A stretch of 42,348 nt of DNA from a virus (taxonomy: Duplodnaviria; Caudoviricetes): the IMG/VR virus record IMGVR_UViG_3300032103_000007, positions 1-42,348 of that record, one strand, 5' to 3'. Position 1 is the first letter of the stretch, and every line of letters starts with the position of its first letter. Below the pieces are notes generated by a model. That model was given only the letters and a program-made list of their open reading frames with translations, searched no databases and was not told where the DNA came from. The translations under genes were made by a program, and so were the position numbers. Positions 35,439 to 42,348 of the stretch are shown here, piece by piece.

Positions 35439-37035
35439 ATCTGATTCCTCCGAGGGCACTAGCGGCTCTGTGGTGTCTTACCATATTGGTTGGCTGAACC
35501 GTGGCTACGTTATCAGTATTGATGCCGTAGCGCAAAGCGTCTAGGGCGTGGTCATTCTCTTTTACGATCCTTCCCTGAAGGTCGCGTCTATAGACCATGT
35601 ACTCCTTCAATAAGTTCACGCAGGATTTAAATACCTTGAGCTTACCTGAACTGAGTAGTGACCAGACGTTTTGGATACCGCCTTCTACGGCGTTATTAGC
35701 CTCGACTAGCTTAAGTCCTAGCTTGCGATAAACATCAATGAGCTTACGTCCGTCTACCTGAGACCTGCCTTTAGAGGCGGGATCGATGCACCCTCGGATC
35801 CAGTCACCTCTAGACTTCATGGCAGCAGCGTGGACTTCTGGCTCAGCCTGCCCGCGATAGTGCTCTGAGTACACGTAGATAGACCCATCGTCAGGATTCT
35901 TGGCTAGCCAGACAGCGGCAGTTCTATTCCAGCCCACGTCTAGGCCGTACCACTTAGGCCAGTGACCGGGGATAGTGAAGTCGTCTACCACAATCTCCTC
36001 CACCGGAATAGGGTACACGTTACCAGAGCCGATGGATGGAGTGCCATTACGACGAGCTTCGCGTAGGTGCGGAGGAGTATTGTCTTCTAGGCGCTTCTTG
36101 GTGTCTTCGTCTAGCCACGGAGCGTGGTCCCATCCGGCTTGGACTACAGCGCGGCTGGCCTTGTTACCGATACCTAGCTGCTCTTCCTCTTCCTCGTCCG
36201 TCATGATCGTAACCGGGGAAGCTCCGGCTAGGAAGTTGGCGTTCTTGCAGAAGTTAGCGATGAAGGGGGTAATACCGTGCAGCGGCGTAAAGGTGACGTA
36301 CAGGATGCCGCCCGTAGTCATGGTACGAATCAAGCATTCGTTGTAGATCAGATCAGGGCACTCTTCGTCCAGCCAGATTACGTGCTGGGCCGTACCGTAA
36401 AACGCCTTGACTCCCTGATCGTAGGACTTGAATCCTAGTACCGATACTCCTCCTGATACGTGGCGTACCTTTACGAGTTCAATAGCGTTAGCCACGCCCT
36501 GCTTTACTGCCGTTCCTAGGATAAGCTCCTTAGGAATCATGCCGGTACCTAGGGCTCCCGGAGGGCCTAGTAGCTCCTTTTGGCAGGTATCGCGTGTAGT
36601 CTGACCTGTCTGACCTGCAGCCCAAGCTGAGATCGAATGATCGAAGCGCTTACCTACCCACCACTCCGGGTATAGTCCGGTAAGGTGGCAAGCCGTCTCA
36701 AAAGCTCCTGAGATAGATTTACCACAGCGGTTGCCTGCCATGAACAGACGTTCGTAATAAACGGCACCGGCCTCGAAGAAAGCACGGTGCCTTGGGCAGT
36801 TAGAGATGTCTGTAGTAGTACCGTCCACGAACCACTTGCTAGTACCGGCCTCGGCTAGCTTGCGTTCGTAGACCTCCATCAGCTTAGTGACCTCGTAGAT
36901 CTTACGAGCCGCTGACTTACGGTTATCATTGTCCTTGTCAGGACGCATAGCGTCCATCATCTCTAGCTCGTCTTCTAAAGAGAAGACGCGCTTAAAGGGG
37001 TTCAAGGGCAGGTCGGAGTCAAAATCAATTGGCAT
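35428..37035 (-). CDS. terL: terminase large subunit
   Basis: Walker A AGNRCGKS, FKSYDQG, Walker B IWLDEE, TFTPLHG, RNase H GLDVGW, DHALDALRY. Confidence 0.96.
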   Translation of the reverse strand: MPIDFDSDLPLNPFKRVFSLEDELEMMDAMRPDKDNDNRKSAARKIYEVTKLMEVYERKLAEAGTSKWFVDGTTTDISNCPRHRAFFEAGAVYYERLFMAGNRCGKSISGAFETACHLTGLYPEWWVGKRFDHSISAWAAGQTGQTTRDTCQKELLGPPGALGTGMIPKELILGTAVKQGVANAIELVKVRHVSGGVSVLGFKSYDQGVKAFYGTAQHVIWLDEECPDLIYNECLIRTMTTGGILYVTFTPLHGITPFIANFCKNANFLAGASPVTIMTDEEEEEQLGIGNKASRAVVQAGWDHAPWLDEDTKKRLEDNTPPHLREARRNGTPSIGSGNVYPIPVEEIVVDDFTIPGHWPKWYGLDVGWNRTAAVWLAKNPDDGSIYVYSEHYRGQAEPEVHAAAMKSRGDWIRGCIDPASKGRSQVDGRKLIDVYRKLGLKLVEANNAVEGGIQNVWSLLSSGKLKVFKSCVNLLKEYMVYRRDLQGRIVKENDHALDALRYGINTDNVATVQPTNMVRHHRAASALGGIRYDT

Positions 37036-37450
37036 CGAGGTTCACAATCTCTGCATCAGTCATGGTAGGCTTGATCAGGCGCAGTACGCTAGGTGCCTTC
37101 TTACGAAGCATTTGCTCTAGCTTACCGAGATCCATGTCCTCAAAGTCAGCATCGACAGAAGTGTTCTCAGTCTTGTCAGCCCAGCCATAGCGGTTCTTCA
37201 TGTTGAATGACCAGAGCGTAGTGTTGAACTTGGTGTTCTCGATGTTACGTCTACCCTGCTCGTACCACCACGCTTTGGCCATCATACGTCCGATATCTAC
37301 CATCTCCTTAAAGTTCGGAGACTTTTCGTAGTAGGAATCGAACTCCCGTTGGGTCATCTTAAGGATCTTGCAGATCTCGACGTCGGACGCCCCCTGTAGG
37401 TAAGCGTCCTTCAAGTCGTTGATCCAAGCCTTATCGGCCTGAGTTGTCAT
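37025..37450 (-). CDS. terS: terminase small subunit
   Basis: N-terminal HTH; AKAWW...FNTTLWSFNMKNRYGW; overlaps the terL start. Confidence 0.8.
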   Translation of the reverse strand: MTTQADKAWINDLKDAYLQGASDVEICKILKMTQREFDSYYEKSPNFKEMVDIGRMMAKAWWYEQGRRNIENTKFNTTLWSFNMKNRYGWADKTENTSVDADFEDMDLGKLEQMLRKKAPSVLRLIKPTMTDAEIVNLDAN

Positions 37451-37451
37451 A

Positions 37452-37748
37452 TCAGAAGTACCCGCCCTTGCCGTCTGGTGCCTTGTACTTACTTACCTCG
37501 GCTGGAGTGAGTAGACGAGCTAGCGGGTAGGTGTCTACCTGACCGTTAACGGCGTTCTTGTCGAAGCCTACGATTAGCTGCTCGACTTCGCCAGTCTCCT
37601 CGTTAAGGGCATCCATGTAGCCTAGGGTATTAGCGAAGACTCCCCGGTAGAACATCTCCATGAGAGCTACCTTCTGTGGGGTCATGTCATTGGTAAGGAC
37701 TACGATGTTGCAGTCCATTGCTACGGCCTTCTTGTTCTTCTTGCTCAT
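37452..37748 (-). CDS. hypothetical protein
   Basis: ATGA coupling to the lysozyme stop (MSKKNKK...). Confidence 0.65.
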   Translation of the reverse strand: MSKKNKKAVAMDCNIVVLTNDMTPQKVALMEMFYRGVFANTLGYMDALNEETGEVEQLIVGFDKNAVNGQVDTYPLARLLTPAEVSKYKAPDGKGGYF

Positions 37749-38305
37749 CGGAATACGTGCTCCTGTTTGATGGATAGAGTTCTTACGCGCTCTACTAGCT
37801 CCACGGCCCGGGTACCGACCTGTCGATACCAAAGCGACTTTTCTAGGTTATCAGCCACAGCTCGGTAGTTGCGCTGACGTAGAAAAGCTAGTGTGTTCTT
37901 GAACTTTGCTAGTCGCCCAAAGCCCATGTTGAAGATTAGATTTAGAAATACTGTTTGGATGACGAACGGATGTTCGGTGATATCGGGGATCAGTCTCTGC
38001 AGATCTCCGGCGTACTTGCCAACCTTTTCGTCCAGCTTGCGGAGAGACTGCTCTCTGGTCATGCGGGAGTCTGGGGTCACGCCTTGAGTGAATCCTACCC
38101 CTACAGTCCAAGGACGTCCGTGCTCTTCCTTCTCTGGAATCTGCGCTAGTAGCTCTCTGGCTGGCTTGAATCCCCAGGGTAGTCTGCGGTACTTACGGGC
38201 TAGTAAAGACAAGGGGTCAGGGTAAGCGAACTCCCTGACCGCCTCGTGCCTTACCAAGTCAGCCGCAGTCTGACGACGTACGTTTAGGCTGAATGGCTTA
38301 GACAT
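37745..38305 (-). CDS. T4-type (GH24) lysozyme/endolysin
   Basis: RHEA.R..Y.D...WTVGVG; FNMG..RLAKFKN; SLWYRQVGTRA. Confidence 0.88.
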   Translation of the reverse strand: MSKPFSLNVRRQTAADLVRHEAVREFAYPDPLSLLARKYRRLPWGFKPARELLAQIPEKEEHGRPWTVGVGFTQGVTPDSRMTREQSLRKLDEKVGKYAGDLQRLIPDITEHPFVIQTVFLNLIFNMGFGRLAKFKNTLAFLRQRNYRAVADNLEKSLWYRQVGTRAVELVERVRTLSIKQEHVFR

Positions 38306-38319
38306 AGTTCCCCTATACG

Positions 38320-38637
38320 TTAAGACCAGCGTGCGTGCGGACTAGTGCTTTCAATCGGAGCTAGTAGTACTGGGATATCTGAAGTCGAGATTAGTCCAGT
38401 CTGGGCTAGGTAGCCTACAAGCTGCTGGGTTGTAGTTAGATTGACGTCGATAGTTTCTGCGTTATCGAACAGAAACATAGCGTCGTCTAGGACTGGATCG
38501 TAACTAGGACTAGTCGAGTTAGTCCTAACTCGGATAGCTAATCGCTGTTGGGGCGATAAGCGGCTAAGGAACCCGAAGTGCGACATGTAGTTGGTAAATG
38601 CCGGAAGTGGTAGTCTGGGAGTTAGGTCATTACTCAT
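38320..38637 (-). CDS. tail fibre-associated protein or chaperone (putative)
   Basis: FLSRL...AIR...L..A..IDV pattern; follows the fibre gene. Confidence 0.5.
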   Translation of the reverse strand: MSNDLTPRLPLPAFTNYMSHFGFLSRLSPQQRLAIRVRTNSTSPSYDPVLDDAMFLFDNAETIDVNLTTTQQLVGYLAQTGLISTSDIPVLLAPIESTSPHARWS

Positions 38638-38642
38638 AGTAG

Positions 38643-40007
38643 TTACTTTACCCTCACGTAAGCATAAGAGCCTGCATTAGCTGTATTGGATTCTAAAGGA
38701 ATCGCATTGTTCACGTAGCTGCCGATCGGCAGTGTGGCCCTGCTCGCTGAGCTAGTGGTTCCTCTAAAAGCAAATATGTTAACGGCACTATCAGTAACAG
38801 ATGCAGTTAGCATGGTATCTGTGCCTGGCTCCCTTTCCAAATACCCAGAAGCCCACTGAGCGCCATCAGTAGTAGTGCTAATGATAAGTCTACTAGCCGC
38901 GCTGAATGCACTAGCGACGTTAGTAGCAATCCAAAATCTACCAGAAGCAAAGTGCAGCATGTTCGTTCTGCTGCCCGGAGATACTAAAGCCGCAGTCCCT
39001 ACTACAGGAACAGAACTTACGTAGCTCCAAGATAGGCCGTCGTCGCTGCTGCTGAAAACTCTGCCTAGGCTATCCAGTACTAAAAATCTTCCATTACCGA
39101 ATGCGGCTCCTAGTGCTCTAAGCTGGAGACTGACCCCTCCCCCTCCAGCTAGCTCTCCTACTACAGCCGGGGTATTATAAGACACTCCCCCATTTACAGA
39201 ACGATAAATCTGCAATCCGACCGTTCTCTGATTTAGACGAGGTACTGCTAATACAAAAGTACCGCTTGCTGCAGAGGAAGCTCCTACTACCATTCCGTTG
39301 CTGCCAGTAGTTACCAAAGGAAGAACTGAAACTGCGTCAGAGCTAGTCCATGTAGCTCCATTATCACTAGATCTAAAGTAACCTCCTGACCAAGAGTTGC
39401 CGTCAGTTACAATTACCCAATTAGTTCCGGCATTAAGAATCTGGACACTTGTCACATTGTCCGGGTTAAATCCCGCCGTGTGAACAAGAGACCATCCAGC
39501 AGAAAAATCAGTCGTAACGTTTCTGTGTACGGCAAAAGGAGATCCGTTAGTAGCTGCTAACTCAATACCAACGTTACCTGCTGATGTGAGCGTTCCACTA
39601 TTAAATGGCGGAAATCCTCCCGGGTTTAGCCTTGCCTGAACGTCGTTCTGGGCAGCATTAGTTGTGTACAGATTATCTACGGTAGTATGCCCGCCAGCTA
39701 GTAGCAAACTTTGCGAAGAATGTACAAACGGAAAAAACGTAAACAAGGGTGGCCAGGGCAAGTGTGTGCCTGTAAACGTGTCATCAGAAAATGTGCTAGT
39801 CGTGCCTATAGGACTCACTAACCAAGAAGGTAGCTGTCCGTATTTCCATGTTTCCGGCTGCAGGATTCCTGAACGTAGATAAACTTGGCCGTCTGGCAGT
39901 ACTACTTCTAGAGGAGCAGATGACGAAAAACGTACGGTACCTCCGATAGGCACGCTGTCTGGTACGGACGAAATCCCGCCAAATCCTGAAAATTGTCCTA
40001 CGTTCAT
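38643..40007 (-). CDS. tail fibre/receptor-binding protein with BNR/Asp-box repeats
   Basis: SSDNGATW, SVNGGVSY, SSDDGLSW, TTDGAQW; terminal YVRVK; S/T/G-rich. Confidence 0.75.
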   Translation of the reverse strand: MNVGQFSGFGGISSVPDSVPIGGTVRFSSSAPLEVVLPDGQVYLRSGILQPETWKYGQLPSWLVSPIGTTSTFSDDTFTGTHLPWPPLFTFFPFVHSSQSLLLAGGHTTVDNLYTTNAAQNDVQARLNPGGFPPFNSGTLTSAGNVGIELAATNGSPFAVHRNVTTDFSAGWSLVHTAGFNPDNVTSVQILNAGTNWVIVTDGNSWSGGYFRSSDNGATWTSSDAVSVLPLVTTGSNGMVVGASSAASGTFVLAVPRLNQRTVGLQIYRSVNGGVSYNTPAVVGELAGGGGVSLQLRALGAAFGNGRFLVLDSLGRVFSSSDDGLSWSYVSSVPVVGTAALVSPGSRTNMLHFASGRFWIATNVASAFSAASRLIISTTTDGAQWASGYLEREPGTDTMLTASVTDSAVNIFAFRGTTSSASRATLPIGSYVNNAIPLESNTANAGSYAYVRVK

Positions 40008-40009
40008 AC

Positions 40010-40402
40010 TTAGAAATTTCCTGCTCTGGTTACGGCTACGTGGAAGCTTTCGGCGTTGTTAGTCGAAGCTCTTAGCTGAGCGTTAGCATCTGGAAGTAGA
40101 ATGCCTAGGTTAGTCAGGATAGACTGGAACGAAGGTACCGTAGCACTAGGAGTGACAGGCGATACTGGTACCTCGAATAGCAAGCGACTGGTCGTACCTC
40201 CATCTAGACTGAGGTAGAAGCGGATCATACCTGCAGTGGTAGTGCCAGTAGCCGAGATACGAATATCGTCCACGCGAGCACCGCTAGCACCTCCGGATAG
40301 AATGGTGACGATAGTACCCGTACCGTCTCGGTTGGTATTGGCAGCGGATAGTACGGCTACAGCAGCTCGCGGGGTTGAAGCGTAGTTAGCGTTAGTTGCC
40401 AT
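40010..40402 (-). CDS. tail-associated structural protein
   Basis: ANTNRDGTGTIVT motif, beta-rich, between fibre genes. Confidence 0.55.
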   Translation of the reverse strand: MATNANYASTPRAAVAVLSAANTNRDGTGTIVTILSGGASGARVDDIRISATGTTTAGMIRFYLSLDGGTTSRLLFEVPVSPVTPSATVPSFQSILTNLGILLPDANAQLRASTNNAESFHVAVTRAGNF

Positions 40403-40403
40403 G

Positions 40404-41339
40404 TTAGATTACTCCGTAGGATTGAAGAACAAAGTCGGGGGTACCGCCGCCAGCAGCATTAAGTACTCCGGCGACTAGGGTTAGGTTAGATCCGAGTGTC
40501 AGCTCTTCTACCGCCCCTGAACCTGCCGTAGAACGGCCTAGGACGCGCTGGGAGGCCGACGTAATGGTTGAGGAGGCTTGGGTACCGGTGTGGGTAGCCC
40601 TGTCTCTCAGAGCCGCGTCTGTTGCGTTCTGGGTAGCTCCGGCCTGAATACCGGCTAGCTTGGCAGCCTGAGCGGCTGACATCACGCCCGCGAGAGTACC
40701 GTTAGCGGCCGGGATCGTGGTGGCTAGACCTGAGCTTGACTCTACGGTTACGTCGTTAGCCGAAGCCGTGTGAGTGATGTTCGTTCCTGATCCAGCCCCC
40801 GCAGCGTCTGGAGCATTCTCCCACCGAAGTAGAGCTGGGTTCCACTTGATCGTGTCGCCTAGCTGGGGGTTCAGGATTACGACGTCGGTCAGTCCGTCTA
40901 GTGTAGTAGCACCTCCGCCGCTTCCGGTGACAGCTACGATGTTGTAGACGAAGCCGGCAACTACGTCGTTCAGGTTAGCGGGAGTGCCTAGCGTGATCGT
41001 GGTAGTCTCCGGACCAACGGTGAATGACGTGGTGTAGTCGTTGACTGGGTGTAGGTAGGTACCGTTACGGTGGACTAGGACTAGCTCGCCGCTATCGGCG
41101 GCTACGCCGTTGATTACGAACTGAGTCTGACCAGCAGTAGCTACAAAGCGGAACGGTACTGGATCAACAGTGAGATCTTGGAGTAGCTGGTTAAGCTGAT
41201 CTAGCTGAGGCTGTACAGCATCAACAGCAGCATCTACCGTACCAGCAGCTAGCTTCTGAAGAGCGCGCTTCTCTTCGGAATCGAACTGAGGTTCAAGCAG
41301 AGAGTTAGGTACAACCTGAAGCTCTAGTGGTGTACTCAT
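40404..41339 (-). CDS. tail fibre-like protein
   Basis: GGAG RBS before ATG 41339; ATAGQTQF, LDGLTDV, AGVMSAAQAAKLAGI, LRDRATHTGTQ fibre motifs. Confidence 0.7.
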   Translation of the reverse strand: MSTPLELQVVPNSLLEPQFDSEEKRALQKLAAGTVDAAVDAVQPQLDQLNQLLQDLTVDPVPFRFVATAGQTQFVINGVAADSGELVLVHRNGTYLHPVNDYTTSFTVGPETTTITLGTPANLNDVVAGFVYNIVAVTGSGGGATTLDGLTDVVILNPQLGDTIKWNPALLRWENAPDAAGAGSGTNITHTASANDVTVESSSGLATTIPAANGTLAGVMSAAQAAKLAGIQAGATQNATDAALRDRATHTGTQASSTITSASQRVLGRSTAGSGAVEELTLGSNLTLVAGVLNAAGGGTPDFVLQSYGVI

Positions 41340-41438
41340 GGCGGATTGTCTTCTCCGGAGAAGTGGATAGAGCACTCGACGAGGCGTCCCGAGCCGAGGA
41401 GGTGTACGCTTAGTCACCGTTCAGGTAGATAAGTTCAA

Positions 41439-41502
41439 TCAGCCGAGACTATCGGCTGAGAGCCCACCACTCTACCTCGGACAGAGCGTACTCGGTAGAG
41501 TG
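41439..41502. promoter_or_regulatory. two inverted repeats upstream of the late operon
   Basis: TCAGCCGA-gacta-TCGGCTGA (41439-41459); CACTCTACC...GGTAGAGTG (41468-41502). Confidence 0.45.
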
Positions 41503-41740
41503 TATATATATATACTAATACTATAGTATACTATATACTACTATAGTATATATACTATACTACTATATACTATAGTATATATATATATACTATATAGTAC
41601 TATACTATATACTACTATATAGTACTATATTACTATATCTATCTACTATAGTAATATTAGTAGTAGATATAGGTTTACTAGTATCTACTCTATAAATACT
41701 AAATATATACTCATAGATATATTTACTATCTATCATAGTA
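41501..41740. repeat. AT-rich palindromic low-complexity array
   Basis: 23 G/C in 41501-41640; four TACTATAGTA copies; 17-bp direct repeat; (TA)n runs. Confidence 0.9.
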
Positions 41741-42285
41741 TACATAAGAGCTACAAACTCATCTTGAGTAATTGCATACTCTACGTTTTTTCTTTTCCAT
41801 CTGTTCTTGTAGTCAAACCACAAGCCTTCGGCTGTGGTCTTCATCCACTCGTCTCGCTTCAGTTTGTACTTCCGCTCGACTCGATGGTACTTCTCGCGCC
41901 TCCTCTTCAGTCGGCGTTTGTAGTGATTGTCTCCACTCCGTCTCGCCATCCCAGCTCGACGTCGTTCCTCCCGTTCAAGCCTAGCGGCTTTCATCGGGTG
42001 AATTCTATCGGCTCGGTTATCCCTACCTCGCCTCCTAGCTACCTCCTCGCCTACGTCAGCAAGTGGCTCGGAGTATAGCATCTCACGATGCCTCTGTAAG
42101 CTCTCCAGAGCGCGTGTAAGCTCCTCGGAGGTATCCAGTGGTACCCTTGCCACACTCGCCTCCTCGGAGACGCTTAGAGAGTGTTCTAGAGCGTCGATCA
42201 TATTTACCCTCCCGTATATGTGGTCTACTCTGACAAATACGTTCGGTTCGTAGTTCCTTAACGCAAGCTGAATGAAGGGGTACAC
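41605..42285 (-). CDS. basic protein with degenerate HNH-like C-terminus (start uncertain)
   Basis: Arg-rich helix then YKNRWKRKNVEYAITQDEF...FSIYRVDTSKPISTTNITIV. Confidence 0.5.
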   Translation of the reverse strand: MYPFIQLALRNYEPNVFVRVDHIYGRVNMIDALEHSLSVSEEASVARVPLDTSEELTRALESLQRHREMLYSEPLADVGEEVARRRGRDNRADRIHPMKAARLEREERRRAGMARRSGDNHYKRRLKRRREKYHRVERKYKLKRDEWMKTTAEGLWFDYKNRWKRKNVEYAITQDEFVALMYTMIDSKYIYEYIFSIYRVDTSKPISTTNITIVDRYSNIVLYSSI

Positions 42286-42311
42286 CCTCCCGTCCCGGCA
42301 TTGAGTTGGAG

Positions 42312-42334
42312 GGGGTACTACCCCCCCCCCCCCC
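42312..42334. repeat. GGGGGTA-C-TACCCCC inverted repeat running into a poly-C tract
   Basis: Seen directly; ~14 C near the window end. Confidence 0.6.
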
Positions 42335-42348
42335 TCGATCGCGGGGAT

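Noticed and set aside
1627-41339. TAG stop-codon reassignment suggested by abundant TAG and rare TAG stops
   Set aside because: All long genes are intact in code 11 with no in-frame TAG; the TAGs are antisense or off-frame products of CTA/GCT-AG codons
38643-41339. Diversity-generating retroelement or invertible fibre cassette
   Set aside because: No reverse transcriptase or invertase, and no template/variable repeat pair noticed
41501-41740. CRISPR array or regular tandem repeat
   Set aside because: No constant repeat with unique spacers, irregular period and no cas genes

Overview
A 42.3 kb piece of a lytic podovirus-type dsDNA phage genome, probably infecting a Gram-negative host (it encodes spanins). 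It has two convergent arms meeting at a bidirectional terminator (~12.78 kb). The + arm (1-12.76 kb) holds small early genes, tRNA-Arg and tRNA-Gly, family A DNA polymerase, SSB, class II ribonucleotide reductase, a Zn deaminase, an HNH-AP2 endonuclease, two dNTP pyrophosphohydrolases, a 5'-3' exonuclease, ThyX, T7-like endonuclease I and a metallophosphoesterase. The - arm (41.3 kb to 12.8 kb) holds tail fibres, lysozyme, TerS/TerL, portal, scaffold, N4-gp56-type major capsid, tRNA-Trp, tail tube proteins, ejection proteins including a 2228-aa polyvalent protein, collagen-like appendage genes, holin and spanins. I see no primase/helicase, RNA polymerase or integrase, so the genome is probably incomplete on the left. 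Most notable: strong enrichment of CTAG/TA-centred words, a ~16% GC palindromic TA array overlapping a degenerate HNH-like gene at the right end, an ejected protein with ADP-ribosyltransferase-like and HExxH domains, and a dense dNTP-remodelling cluster. All product calls come from motif recognition by eye; no searches were run.
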